Positions 25,721 to 36,454 of a DNA stretch of 44,142 nt are shown here, piece by piece. The DNA is from a virus (Duplodnaviria > Caudoviricetes): the IMG/VR virus record IMGVR_UViG_3300029925_000031. One strand, 5' to 3'. A program made the position numbers and the translations under genes. Below the pieces are notes generated by a model. It had not been told where the DNA came from. It did no database searches and saw nothing but the letters and a program-made list of their open reading frames with translations. The number at the start of each line of letters is the position of its first letter. Position 1 is the first letter of the stretch.

Positions 25721-27512
25721 CTAACTGTGTTATTTTTTCTTCTGTCATCTTGCGTATAGTCTCTAACTGTTTATTAAAGTCCATCTCAAGGAACTTGTCA
25801 TCTTTTTGTATGGCTTTGGTTACGAAGTAATCAGCATAAAGGGAAGTAACAGCATCCTCTTTAGTGATAAGCCCTGACATTTCCATATCAGCTACCTCTT
25901 CTATCGTAGCGGTGTTAAAGGGGTTCATCTCGTTGGAAATCCTAAGTCTGTCTCTTACCTCCGGCATATCTCTGAACTTTTTATTAATAAGGTCGGTCTG
26001 CATCTCGTTTATAATAGTAGGGTCGATGTTGGCTTCTTTTGCTTTACTCAGTTGTTCTATTAGAGAGTTTTCCGTCAACAGGTCGAAATGTTCAGGCACT
26101 TGGATGGTAGGTAGCATCTTTTCCCTTTCTGACTCCGGCACTTCAAAAGAATCCGAACCGTACCTGTATTCTACCACAAGTTTATAAATCTTTTTTAAGA
26201 TGTTATTAACAATATGAAAAGCCACCCCGAAAACAAAGTTATTAAGTTCTTCCTTGTCTACTTCTTTGGCTTTACCTGACTGGTTTAAAGGAGTATCCGC
26301 GAGAAACTCCATATTAAGAGACGCTAAAGCCCTAAAGATGTGGTTGTCTATTCTCTCATCTTGAATCTTTACTATCTCTGTGTCCTTAGTGATGTATCCT
26401 GCTGGCGGGGTAGGTAAAGGTTGTTTGTCTACTCCCTGCTGGCGGAGAGTCATCTGCTTAAAAGGGCTAACAGGCATCGCCCCACTACCTTTACAGTCAC
26501 CACAAGCAACAGGCTTACCACCCTTTACAACCTTCAATCCTGTGCCCTTACACGTTTGACAATCCAACCCCTGAAAAGCCCATAGGGTAGAATGAATATG
26601 CTGTACTACCTCTGCTTGTAGGTCTGAGTATTCACGGGCTGCCTCGTCCATTCTCGGTAACATGGGAGTAAGAAAAGAATCATAAAGAGGGATGTTGTCT
26701 ATAAGAGACTTTATCACCCCACCGTTAAGCAAAACCGGTAACTCTTTAAGCTCTAAGACTTCTATTTGTATCAGTTCAAAATTGTTCTCATCGTCTATCT
26801 GCTGGACGTTCCATATTCCATGTTTAGTTATAATCTTAAATATAGGCACTCTTACTACCTTTTCCTTGCTGATAAATTCCCCTGTCTCATTAGACCTGTA
26901 TATGGCAATCTCATCGGGCTTATAGAATAACATATTAATAGCAGGTACGTAGTGAACAAAAGGTCTTTTAAATTCGTTATCCTCGACCTGTTCAAACGGT
27001 ATTATCACCATATACCCGTTAGGATCACCGAGAATCTTCTTAATCCCAAATACAAACAGCCAATTAGTCAGCGACCCAAAAGTAGGATAGTTTTTCTCAG
27101 CGTAGTCTTCCAGTTGTTCGCCATCCTTGATCTTGTTGGGTGTGATAGATTTAGAATAGTCAATCTTCCAGTCCTCGCTTCGTACTATCTTATTAATGGA
27201 GTTGATAACCTTAAAACAAGGCTCTTTGGTTATAGAGGCGTATATCACCCTGCGATATTTTTGTATAGTGTCACTCTCCGAAGGTCTGCGATCATCAATG
27301 AGCTTATTAAAGTAAGGATTACTCCTTGTGTGCTCAAGGTGCATCAACCTTAAATGCTTCATAGGATCAAATTTCTCGTTCGGTGTGTGATATTTGAACC
27401 CGTCTATATGAAAAGAGAGATGATCCATTACGTCCACAGCGTCATCATAGGCAGCGTGCCTCGCACCGTTTTTGATGTATTTTTTTACAAGGTCGTGGTT
27501 GACTTTTATCAT
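25677..27512 (-). CDS. Portal protein with inserted DnaJ-type Zn finger
   Basis: About 610 aa, SG.AK.VD motif, position before the gpF-like gene; CQTCKGTG...CGDCKGSG; probable start ATG 27512. Confidence 0.75.
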   Translation of the reverse strand: MIKVNHDLVKKYIKNGARHAAYDDAVDVMDHLSFHIDGFKYHTPNEKFDPMKHLRLMHLEHTRSNPYFNKLIDDRRPSESDTIQKYRRVIYASITKEPCFKVINSINKIVRSEDWKIDYSKSITPNKIKDGEQLEDYAEKNYPTFGSLTNWLFVFGIKKILGDPNGYMVIIPFEQVEDNEFKRPFVHYVPAINMLFYKPDEIAIYRSNETGEFISKEKVVRVPIFKIITKHGIWNVQQIDDENNFELIQIEVLELKELPVLLNGGVIKSLIDNIPLYDSFLTPMLPRMDEAAREYSDLQAEVVQHIHSTLWAFQGLDCQTCKGTGLKVVKGGKPVACGDCKGSGAMPVSPFKQMTLRQQGVDKQPLPTPPAGYITKDTEIVKIQDERIDNHIFRALASLNMEFLADTPLNQSGKAKEVDKEELNNFVFGVAFHIVNNILKKIYKLVVEYRYGSDSFEVPESEREKMLPTIQVPEHFDLLTENSLIEQLSKAKEANIDPTIINEMQTDLINKKFRDMPEVRDRLRISNEMNPFNTATIEEVADMEMSGLITKEDAVTSLYADYFVTKAIQKDDKFLEMDFNKQLETIRKMTEEKITQLDVLPKEPEVTPPTE

Positions 27513-28402
27513 AGGTTTTGTCGTCCCGGCATCCACCCTCTTTTGTCTTTCCAAAAGAACGGAAACCTTTGATTAAACTGATTGCAGTAGAATCGCACAT
27601 AATTATCATAGGTTCTTTTCATCATAGGATGAGAGATGTGTCCACCCATAGAATAAGCGTAAAACCCGTTATTAAGGTCAGCCCCTTGTAAGCGTAGATG
27701 TTCTGCTGACTCCCAGTAGAAGGGTTTATAGTTATCCTTATGGGGATAGATTTCATTTTTAATCATCGAGATAGTAAAAGGTAGCTCATCAGGCATACCG
27801 TTGTTGAAATAAGTGTAGTTAAAGCTCTCATTATCAAACAGCTTAGAAGCATCTGAAAATAATTTACTTATCTGTTTTGATTTTTTAAAATAAATCATCT
27901 CGCTACTCAGGTTGTAGAATCTTCCTTTTTTAAAGTTAAACACTTCTTTTATGTGTTTAGGCGAAGCCCACACTCCAAAAGCATCTGTTAGCAAGTCAGA
28001 CTCCAGTGCCATCCAACTGCGGTTTGCCATTGTGAACTCTACATCTTTAAGCTCATGGAACAGGTCGTTTATGGATTTTTTCGGCAGCCATACCATATCA
28101 GCATCTAAAGAGATCGTCTCTTTATAAGGGCTTAACTTATAGATAGCTGTTTTAGCTTTTAAGTATTGTACCCTCCCATCGGTGGTATAGTGCTCAGGAG
28201 GCACAGGAATCAACTTGTCAAATAATGACTTATCTACTATGTGGTTTAGCCCATCTCCTGAGTAAAGTAAAGAGATTTTAACTTCGGGGGAACTGTATTT
28301 TAAACTCATTGCTAAATTATATGCCCAACGCCCCCAATAGGCATTGCCCATTGCTAAGATCACCACTCCTTTATCAAGTGGCTTTAAGGTCTTTTTTTTC
28401 AT
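27509..28402 (-). CDS. GT-A glycosyltransferase (GT8/mannosyltransferase-like)
   Basis: GVVILA.G, K...Y.LSPY.ETISLDAD, DE..F. Confidence 0.75.
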   Translation of the reverse strand: MKKKTLKPLDKGVVILAMGNAYWGRWAYNLAMSLKYSSPEVKISLLYSGDGLNHIVDKSLFDKLIPVPPEHYTTDGRVQYLKAKTAIYKLSPYKETISLDADMVWLPKKSINDLFHELKDVEFTMANRSWMALESDLLTDAFGVWASPKHIKEVFNFKKGRFYNLSSEMIYFKKSKQISKLFSDASKLFDNESFNYTYFNNGMPDELPFTISMIKNEIYPHKDNYKPFYWESAEHLRLQGADLNNGFYAYSMGGHISHPMMKRTYDNYVRFYCNQFNQRFPFFWKDKRGWMPGRQNL

Positions 28403-28538
28403 CTTCTTTGATTTGTTTTTGAGCTTGAGTTTGTACCTTAACGATTAATTCTTGTACTTGTATAAAAGGCAATTTACCCAAAGCGTTTAAAACCATATTG
28501 GTATCATCAACCGTTAATTTTAAATTTATTTCTTTCAT
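28374..28538 (-). CDS. Small protein following the tail fibre gene (54 aa)
   Basis: Manual translation MKEINLKLTVDDTNMVLNALGKLPFIQVQELIVKVQTQAQKQ...; fills the gap. Confidence 0.6.
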   Translation of the reverse strand: MKEINLKLTVDDTNMVLNALGKLPFIQVQELIVKVQTQAQKQIKEDEKKDLKAT

Positions 28539-28542
28539 AATG

Positions 28543-30372
28543 TTAATGTAAACTCACCCATGCTGCTGCCGCACGAACTTGTAATTTATCTAAAGTTGAA
28601 TTATATATTACCATTCCATCAACTGCCGTCAAAGCATCCCGTTGAGTTGTTGTCATTCTTGGAAACAAAACTGCTCCTGTTGTACTTGATATTTCAAGTT
28701 TAGCACTTGTTGCGGGAGCTATTGTTCCTATCCCTACCCTACCGGCCTCATCAATTCTAAATTTTTCAAGGATAGAGGCTCCATCTCTTGTATAAACAGC
28801 GAAAGCTCCCTTCACTGAACCCGCTGTATTATCGACCATTGTACCTACTGCATAGGCTATTTCTGTTTTTGCACTTGCACTATCATTCATAGCAAAAGCA
28901 TGAATAACTCCAGCTTCATTTGTACTTATGCTTCGATACAACTGTAAAGCATTAGCAGTATTATTGATACTTCTTATAGATAATCTGTAACTTGTTACTG
29001 CTACATCACCCATCATAATAGCTCCTGCCGTAGGGGCTTGTCCTATCAATAAATCACCACCATCAAATATCTTTAAAACACTTGTTGTCGAGTTTCCAAC
29101 ATCCAATGATATAGTAGTATTATTACTACCGGAACCCCTTACTGTAAATCTTGTTGTAGTTGGTATTGTTCCAATGCTTATATTTCCATCATTCCTCACA
29201 TTAAACAATTCAGTTCCCACATTATCCTGTACTTTTAATGCAAAGTTAGTACTTGTAGCATCTACGCCTCTTATATGAATACGCGCGCTTATAGGAGTAG
29301 AGAAACCTACTGCGAAATTACCCCCCTTTAAAAAAGAATCTCCGGCACTGGTCATTAAAGCTGTAAAAGCTGAAGCATCATCGAATAATTTTAATATCCC
29401 TTCGCCTGTAGTTTCTCTGCCCAATGCTGCTCTTACGCCTGTTCCTGTCCCTGCCCTTGCTGTTGCTCTTATTGTTGCATCACCGGCAACAGTACCCACA
29501 TATACATCTAATACATCTGTAGCAAAAACATTATCGCCAACAGTTAAACCTGTCGCATTCCAGTGACCTTGAGATACATTATTAATTGCGAAACTTATGT
29601 CTTTCCCTGTCATGGCATTTATTGTAACTATTCCCAGTGCTGTTTGACCTATGGCAAAATCATTTACATTAAAATTTGACTGTTGTGCAAAAAAAGCACT
29701 ATCTGATCCCCCTGATGGTGTTCCTACAGATACATTAGTGCCAAAGATTCCCCCATTTTTTAATGACACTCCATCGATTGCTACTCCATTGTCTAATGTT
29801 CTCTCAGAGACGGTATCAACAAATATCTCATTTACTTCTACGTCACCCACAGTACCACTAAACACCTCAGCGGTGTTTGTGGCATTGGGGATAAAAGTAA
29901 ACCTCCCTGTTGAGTCATCAAAACCAAAAAACCCAATTTTTGCCCCTGCCCCATCACGGTATCTGAATTCTATACCCCTATCCTTGTTGTCGTCTGCTGC
30001 CGGAGGTGTAGAGCCGCCTAAAGTAAATACAGGGTCTTTCACTGTGATAACGGTAGACTCGAATCTTGTTGTAGTTCCTGTGATTGTAACGTCACCTTCA
30101 ACTGTTAATCCTGCAAAAGTGGGCGAGTCGGATGCTCCTAACGATTGACCGGTAAGCACTATGGGCAATCCTATAGTTTGAGGCCCGGCAATATTATCAA
30201 GATCGTCTTGATCTATCTCAACGCCAGTTAATACCCCTGATTGCAATTTTAGCTGAATCAACCTGTCAGCATCCATAAAAACAGGATATTCAGTTAAGAA
30301 TTTTTTGATGTTTGTTGTTACCTGAGTTCCTATTGTTTCAACAGAAACTTGATGTTTTACTTTTCTTACCAT
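28543..30372 (-). CDS. Tail fibre / receptor-binding protein
   Basis: G/T-rich beta repeats (GNISIGT, GRVGIGT); C-terminal FPRMTTTQRDAL..GMVIYN. Confidence 0.8.
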   Translation of the reverse strand: MVRKVKHQVSVETIGTQVTTNIKKFLTEYPVFMDADRLIQLKLQSGVLTGVEIDQDDLDNIAGPQTIGLPIVLTGQSLGASDSPTFAGLTVEGDVTITGTTTRFESTVITVKDPVFTLGGSTPPAADDNKDRGIEFRYRDGAGAKIGFFGFDDSTGRFTFIPNATNTAEVFSGTVGDVEVNEIFVDTVSERTLDNGVAIDGVSLKNGGIFGTNVSVGTPSGGSDSAFFAQQSNFNVNDFAIGQTALGIVTINAMTGKDISFAINNVSQGHWNATGLTVGDNVFATDVLDVYVGTVAGDATIRATARAGTGTGVRAALGRETTGEGILKLFDDASAFTALMTSAGDSFLKGGNFAVGFSTPISARIHIRGVDATSTNFALKVQDNVGTELFNVRNDGNISIGTIPTTTRFTVRGSGSNNTTISLDVGNSTTSVLKIFDGGDLLIGQAPTAGAIMMGDVAVTSYRLSIRSINNTANALQLYRSISTNEAGVIHAFAMNDSASAKTEIAYAVGTMVDNTAGSVKGAFAVYTRDGASILEKFRIDEAGRVGIGTIAPATSAKLEISSTTGAVLFPRMTTTQRDALTAVDGMVIYNSTLDKLQVRAAAAWVSLH

Positions 30373-30380
30373 GATTTAAG

Positions 30381-31973
30381 TTATTCGTTACGGTTAATCA
30401 AATTAGCTTGTGTCGTCTCTTGTATTTCTATTGTGCTGTTCATTAAGTCCTTAAACAAGACTTTAGACTCATTAGGTGATGATGGTTCATATTCATCATC
30501 CATGACAAAAGAAGTACCGTTTATAGTTCGTGTGTCGTGTGCAAAAAATGCTGCAATGGCATCGTGTATATAGTCAGGTGCAAAATCAATATCCATAAGT
30601 TTTGTTTTACGTAGACTCATATAATCTACACTCTTAACACCTGCTGAATCTTCACCTATATTTCTCTCAGTGGGGTATTTAGTACCTCTAAACGCACATA
30701 TAATTCGTAATTTATGTTCAAAATTTGTAATACTACCACCCGTTATCACGCTGTAATCAAAATTACCCCACCTGTTATCGTTGCTCCATACCCAAAGGAA
30801 AGAACAATCATGTGAAGTTTGAAGATCAAAACATTCACTTTGACCGTCAAACGCCACTCCTGCGGTGACGGCTTTTGACACTATTACATTGTCAATATCC
30901 ATAACTCCAGCGCCTGCGGTTGGAAAGAACAGAAACAAGATACGACCTACGTTAGTACACGTTAAAGTCTCTGTAAACGTCCCATTAGCAGACCGTGTTA
31001 TCCCGTCTGTAGCTCCCAACCTAACCCTTACCGTCCCTGAGACATAATTAAGAATATCATAAGTCACCGTATACTCTGTACCCACTTCTAACACATCAAT
31101 AAAAGCAGCATTACCTGCTGCCCCCGCATGAGTGTATCTCATAGTCGGCCCACCTGCACCTGCGATAGTAACCCCCCCAAATAGTGTCCACCCTTGATCG
31201 GTCTCAAAAGTGTCCTCAAAAAGATTACCGGGATCGCCTATGCCACCACCTTGTAAGAATATTCTCATCTCTCTGCATCCGTTGGTTACAGTTACATCAT
31301 CAGCCCAGTTAAAATCAACTGTTATTACATTATTATTTGTGCTTCCCGTGATAGATGTCGAAGGGACATTATCTATCAATGTGCTTGTTTCAGTGTTAAA
31401 TATATCTATAGTATAATCCGAAGCTGTTGCTACCTGCACTACTTCTACATTACTTATAGCTCCTTCAAAATTGGAAGCAGGGGCAAACCTAAAATCTCCT
31501 GTATGTGCTGCTATATGATAGAAGATATAAGTTCCGTCTTTATCAATAGAACTGATAATAGTATCTATCGCACCTGTACTTGATATATTTAAGACCGAAA
31601 TACTACCTACCGTTCGCGAGGTCATTGTAAAAGTAATTTTAAAAAAATCATTAATTGTAAAGATTCCCGATTGTCGTAAACCGTTTGAAATCGTAGGTGT
31701 CACATGAACGGCAGTATTATTAACAATCCCCCACCCCGCACCACACCAACTCTGAATCCCACAAATAGAATCATGTGAACCATCAGGGAATGTCCCGTCA
31801 GTTATAAGATTATCTGTCTCAGCAGCCAAAAACTGAAAAGATATATTATCAGTCTGTTCTGTTGGTTGGCAAAATCTCTGGTTAATACCACAGTCCGACC
31901 CTCTGGGGGGGCTGAATAACTTAACACTCCCATAGGGTAGATATTGTGTTTGCCTGCCTGTAAATTGTGCCAT
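30381..31973 (-). CDS. Tail/baseplate protein with two carbohydrate-binding-like inserts
   Basis: Repeated W..(G)...Y.VT...G...IDNV jelly-roll pattern. Confidence 0.6.
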   Translation of the reverse strand: MAQFTGRQTQYLPYGSVKLFSPPRGSDCGINQRFCQPTEQTDNISFQFLAAETDNLITDGTFPDGSHDSICGIQSWCGAGWGIVNNTAVHVTPTISNGLRQSGIFTINDFFKITFTMTSRTVGSISVLNISSTGAIDTIISSIDKDGTYIFYHIAAHTGDFRFAPASNFEGAISNVEVVQVATASDYTIDIFNTETSTLIDNVPSTSITGSTNNNVITVDFNWADDVTVTNGCREMRIFLQGGGIGDPGNLFEDTFETDQGWTLFGGVTIAGAGGPTMRYTHAGAAGNAAFIDVLEVGTEYTVTYDILNYVSGTVRVRLGATDGITRSANGTFTETLTCTNVGRILFLFFPTAGAGVMDIDNVIVSKAVTAGVAFDGQSECFDLQTSHDCSFLWVWSNDNRWGNFDYSVITGGSITNFEHKLRIICAFRGTKYPTERNIGEDSAGVKSVDYMSLRKTKLMDIDFAPDYIHDAIAAFFAHDTRTINGTSFVMDDEYEPSSPNESKVLFKDLMNSTIEIQETTQANLINRNE

Positions 31974-32416
31974 TAGATTCTAAATGCTACTATCTGTACA
32001 TCACAAGCTAATGTGTCTGCTTGTGCTACGATAGTATCAATGTTGGTAAATGCTGCAAAAGCCGCTTCTGTTGTAGAGACATTGATGTCTCTTGTCCAAA
32101 ATAACATAAACCTGCCTGCGTTAAGACGAAAATCTACTGTATGCGCTGCTGTATCGGCTAATCTTAATCTTATGAAGTTAGTGTCGTCTTTGTTGATGAT
32201 AAACACCCCATCAAAGTCTAACCCCGCTCCATCGCCTATCGCTCCTGAATCCAGTAGAGTTACTTCCACTGCTGTGCCGACATTAATAGTATCTCCGTAT
32301 CCTTCGGTGTTAGCAGACACGGTAACAGACTCACTCACATCGGAGAGCCTTAATGCTGTAAGTCCTGTTATTGTTGCTGTTATTGCTGCGTTTGCAGCCA
32401 CTACTGTTGTTGCCAT
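31973..32416 (-). CDS. Structural protein
   Basis: A/T-rich beta protein in the tail operon. Confidence 0.5.
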   Translation of the reverse strand: MATTVVAANAAITATITGLTALRLSDVSESVTVSANTEGYGDTINVGTAVEVTLLDSGAIGDGAGLDFDGVFIINKDDTNFIRLRLADTAAHTVDFRLNAGRFMLFWTRDINVSTTEAAFAAFTNIDTIVAQADTLACDVQIVAFRI

Positions 32417-32417
32417 T

Positions 32418-34391
32418 CTATTTTATTAATTGATAATCCGTTTCGCTTGTTTCGACTTTATAATTTATTTTGTCAATCCAAGCAAATTTATCTAATGTAG
32501 GGTTGCTACCTTCGTTAAATTTTATTCTTCTTAGTGACTGACTTTGTAACGTATTAAAGTCTGTAAAGTTAGTATTTTTTTTAAACTTATATACTAAAGC
32601 TCTGAAATCTGCCGGATCAAATGTCTGGTAAACGCCCGCATCATTGTCAGCACCGAGACATCTGAATATTGTAGACTGCCCAACTACTGTAATAGTAATA
32701 GCGTCAGTAGTTGATAAGTTTTCTGATATAATTTGTATAGCAGCCCTCGCCCTTATTCTCTCCCCTACAGAACAGGTCATTGAAGTTGTTAAATCCGGCA
32801 CGCTAAACCCTTGTACATCTAAAGTGGTAGCTGATAATGAGACTTGCGTGCCAAATATTTCTTGTGTCTCCTGTATAACGGTCAATGCAGAATTAAATCG
32901 TTGAATTTCAACTCTACCTCTAAATGTAAGTGTTCTTGAGGTTACACCACCAGGCAATAAAACACCCACTCTAATTCTTGATCTGAATGTAAATACCCCG
33001 TTAAACGGGATTTCATAAAAATGGTTCGGCACGGTTGAATTATAATTGCTCCCCAAATCAAAAGCGGGGAATGTAGAGTCGTCATCAAAATCAACAGTTG
33101 TCAACAATATAACAATAGCGGGTATCGGCCCTACAAGATTAAAACTACTTGTGTTTGTTTTAAATGCAAGACAAGGCGTATTTTGTGCTGATAAATACTT
33201 AGAGACTGAATTAGGTACTGAGTTGATTTGTCTTAATATTATCTTGTCATTAGTAAGCCCTCTGTTATAGTGGAAATTAGGAGATGTAAAAGCAATGGTT
33301 TGAGTTCCTGCGGTATTTCCTGTTACTATTATGTTGTTTTCGTCAAACTCATCTTCTCCTGATCCTATATTTGTTACTACGATCTGCTCTATGACATTAT
33401 TATCAGTAATGAAGTCTGTTTTAAAGTCTAATACCTTGTCTATGTTGGATTTGCCTTCTATTAGGTAATCTTCATCTCTGAATGAAAAGAAGCGTGTAGT
33501 AGATGAGAAATTTCCCGACTTTTCAAAAGTTTTATTCCCTACCTCAAGATGAGAAAACAAATTATTTTTATCTACCTCCAGTTCTAAGTCTTTGATGTCC
33601 CTGGCAGTAAAAGAGATGGTAGACTGAAAGAAAAACGCCTTTTCTTCTATTCTCATAACCGGATCACCATTAGAGTCTGTTTCGATGACAAAACTTATAT
33701 TATGGGTTCTTTTTAGAAACTGGAACAATTCTTTAAAACTAATATTAGGATGCAGCCCTATCCCAGTGCGTATCTCTTCTCCTGTGGTTATATAAAGTAG
33801 CCCACCCTCAAAGTTTGAGGCGGTGGTCAAGTAGGTGGAAACAATACCTTTTACTTCATCATCTGTCATAAACCTAACCAAAAAGTCCAGCGCATCACTG
33901 AGTAGATAATGGTCTCTATTCACAAAGCCAAAAAACACACCTGTAGAAGGAGTAAAATAGTCAAGTTGGAATGTTGTTGGTGTTGTTATTTGAGTGCCGT
34001 TTTTAGTAAACTCTGAATTTAAAAATGTCTTTATGTTTTTGTTGCTGTCAATAGCTCCAAAGAAACTTGTATCTTCTATTGATACTATTGCAGTGCTTTT
34101 ATTGATATTAAACTTAATATCACTCAGTAGTATAGTTCCTGTGAACAACCTGTCATAAACATCACTACTGTTTAGTATGTCGATATTGGCTGTTATCTTG
34201 TTGTTGTAATTAAGATCGAATTGTGTCCTTAACAGATCATATCCATCCTCTACAAAGGTAAGTTTAGACGTAAAGATAAGTAGTAACCCTTCGATGTCCT
34301 TTTGGCGTTCTAAAGTTACCTTTATGTCCTTCCAGTTTTCAGGATTACGAGTTAAAATAGTACCATCTAATATGAATCTGTATTTCTCCAT
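32418..34391 (-). CDS. Tail tip/hub protein
   Basis: Directly after the tape measure gene; 657 aa. Confidence 0.6.
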   Translation of the reverse strand: MEKYRFILDGTILTRNPENWKDIKVTLERQKDIEGLLLIFTSKLTFVEDGYDLLRTQFDLNYNNKITANIDILNSSDVYDRLFTGTILLSDIKFNINKSTAIVSIEDTSFFGAIDSNKNIKTFLNSEFTKNGTQITTPTTFQLDYFTPSTGVFFGFVNRDHYLLSDALDFLVRFMTDDEVKGIVSTYLTTASNFEGGLLYITTGEEIRTGIGLHPNISFKELFQFLKRTHNISFVIETDSNGDPVMRIEEKAFFFQSTISFTARDIKDLELEVDKNNLFSHLEVGNKTFEKSGNFSSTTRFFSFRDEDYLIEGKSNIDKVLDFKTDFITDNNVIEQIVVTNIGSGEDEFDENNIIVTGNTAGTQTIAFTSPNFHYNRGLTNDKIILRQINSVPNSVSKYLSAQNTPCLAFKTNTSSFNLVGPIPAIVILLTTVDFDDDSTFPAFDLGSNYNSTVPNHFYEIPFNGVFTFRSRIRVGVLLPGGVTSRTLTFRGRVEIQRFNSALTVIQETQEIFGTQVSLSATTLDVQGFSVPDLTTSMTCSVGERIRARAAIQIISENLSTTDAITITVVGQSTIFRCLGADNDAGVYQTFDPADFRALVYKFKKNTNFTDFNTLQSQSLRRIKFNEGSNPTLDKFAWIDKINYKVETSETDYQLIK

Positions 34392-36454
34392 TAGTTCCAG
34401 CCTTGACTTGCCCTTTTCATTGAGGGCAGCATTTGTCTGAGTAATTGATTATTTTGTTCAAGTAAAGTGTTTTGTTTGCGTTGATGTCGTGTTATGTTAA
34501 AATCACTGAATCCGGTCTGTTCCATTTTAGAGTATTGCTTAATAATAGGCATCTGGTATTTATGAAACACGAAATGATCGAACTTATTCGTTAGCATAGC
34601 ATCTAAGTCCTCACGGTGTTTTCTACTCTGTTCAGGAGGTATCACATACTCGCTCTTTCTTATAAGGGCAGGGATTTCCTCGTCTGAGAATTCGCCTTTT
34701 CGCCCTTTGTGGAACTTTGGTATGGGTTGGGCTGCAATAGCTGCTGTTTGTGCTGCTCCAACTACCCCTACTATAACAGATAACGGAATATTAGGCGGGA
34801 TCGAGACAAGTGCTGCGATCACAGCAGCAGCAGTGTTGATTAAAGAGCTAAATATAGCCGCTGCCTTATCGGCTTTGGCTTGTTTTGTTTGGAACTCTGC
34901 TCTTTTTTTGTCAAAGGAATCTTCTAATTTCTTTTTTTCATCGTTGAACTTCTCCTCGTTGATTATCCGCTTATCCAGTTGTGTTTCTAATCTCTCTAAG
35001 CCTTTATCAAGCACAACTTGTTCCTCCTGTAATTCTCTTTCTAAAAGCCCTGTTCTTATCTCAGCAACGCTAATAGCTATATCTCCGGCAGCTTGTATCC
35101 CATCACCGTAATCCTTCCAAAACTTCTGTACTCTGTTCAGGTCGTCATCATCAAAGACTACAAGTTCGGGGTCAAGTTCTTTCATTAATTCTAAGTTCTC
35201 TGCAAGGATAGGCTCTAATCTTTTAAATTCAAACCCCTGCCTTTTTATAGATTCTGTAGCTTCGTCAAATATCTTTTTTAGCTTCTCTTCAATATCCCTT
35301 ATCTTTATTAAATTTCCAGCCAACCCCACACCGCTTGCTGATAATTCCTTTTGTTCTTTTTTAAGTTTTGTTATTTTTTCTTGTAAATCACCTATTGTAG
35401 TGGCTCTTTTCTTTTCTATACCTTCGGTTTTTGTTATTTCTTCTTGAATCTTTTCTAATGCTTCGGCAGCTTCAAGATTAGCTTTAGCCGTTGCGCGTCC
35501 TATTTCTATTTGTGCTGATTTAATTCCAAATGATGCCTTCAGTTTTGTGAAATAGCTTACATCCGCTTCAGTTAACAGTTTTTGTGCTTTTGTGACTTTG
35601 TTGAGTGAAGTGGTAACTGCCAACAATACAGGAGTAAAAAGAGTTGCCATTGTCTCTGTAACTTCTTGCGTTTGAGCATTTAGTTCTGCTGTTTGACGCG
35701 CCACGCTCTCTGTGTTGGTCTCAAATGCAGTTAACGCATCTGTAGAGCGTGCTAATGCTGTTTCATAGATAACTACTGCCTTTGCTTGGTCTTGGGTCAA
35801 TCCTTCGTCTCGAATCTTGACTTTAACGGCATTTTGAAACTCTTTGCTTGATTGTGAAATTGTAACACCTAATGCTTTTAGTCCTTCTGTCTCTCCTGTC
35901 AATGCCCTTGCAACAATACCCGATATTTCGGATGCGTCTCTTTGATCTCCTGTAAACTCTTTTAATACTCCACCTAATTTTACTAATTGTGTACTCATTT
36001 CGGCTGCCCGTTTACGGGAAAGCCCCAAAGGAACTAAAAGGTCTCCAATGGCTGCTGCTGCTCCGAGAAATTGATTTTGTGTTAATCCTAATGATATGGC
36101 ATTCTTTCGGGCAAACTCCTCTACGAACTTAATACTATCTCCAAATACAACCTCTGCCCTTTTTCTAAACGCCTCCATTTGTACTGCTGTCCGTGCTAAT
36201 TCCTTACCAAAAGAAATTAATGCACCTATTGTAAATGAAGCAGCAATAGCAACGCCTATCCTGCCAATAGATTTTTCTAACTTACCTACAGATTTTTCAG
36301 ACTCTTTATTGGATTTTCTAAACTGTTGTGAAGTTTTCTTGAAGGTCTTGGCATTGTCCTTATCGACAACACCTATCTTTTGAAGTTTCTTAATAGTAGG
36401 GTCAAGTTCCTTAGTGTCGCCCTTAATCTTTATTACTACGGTTTCCAGTGCCAT
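34391..36454 (-). CDS. Tape measure protein
   Basis: Ala/Lys-rich helical protein, hydrophobic AAQTAAIAAQP.PKFH.G end, preceded by a frameshifting chaperone. Confidence 0.85.
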   Translation of the reverse strand: MALETVVIKIKGDTKELDPTIKKLQKIGVVDKDNAKTFKKTSQQFRKSNKESEKSVGKLEKSIGRIGVAIAASFTIGALISFGKELARTAVQMEAFRKRAEVVFGDSIKFVEEFARKNAISLGLTQNQFLGAAAAIGDLLVPLGLSRKRAAEMSTQLVKLGGVLKEFTGDQRDASEISGIVARALTGETEGLKALGVTISQSSKEFQNAVKVKIRDEGLTQDQAKAVVIYETALARSTDALTAFETNTESVARQTAELNAQTQEVTETMATLFTPVLLAVTTSLNKVTKAQKLLTEADVSYFTKLKASFGIKSAQIEIGRATAKANLEAAEALEKIQEEITKTEGIEKKRATTIGDLQEKITKLKKEQKELSASGVGLAGNLIKIRDIEEKLKKIFDEATESIKRQGFEFKRLEPILAENLELMKELDPELVVFDDDDLNRVQKFWKDYGDGIQAAGDIAISVAEIRTGLLERELQEEQVVLDKGLERLETQLDKRIINEEKFNDEKKKLEDSFDKKRAEFQTKQAKADKAAAIFSSLINTAAAVIAALVSIPPNIPLSVIVGVVGAAQTAAIAAQPIPKFHKGRKGEFSDEEIPALIRKSEYVIPPEQSRKHREDLDAMLTNKFDHFVFHKYQMPIIKQYSKMEQTGFSDFNITRHQRKQNTLLEQNNQLLRQMLPSMKRASQGWN

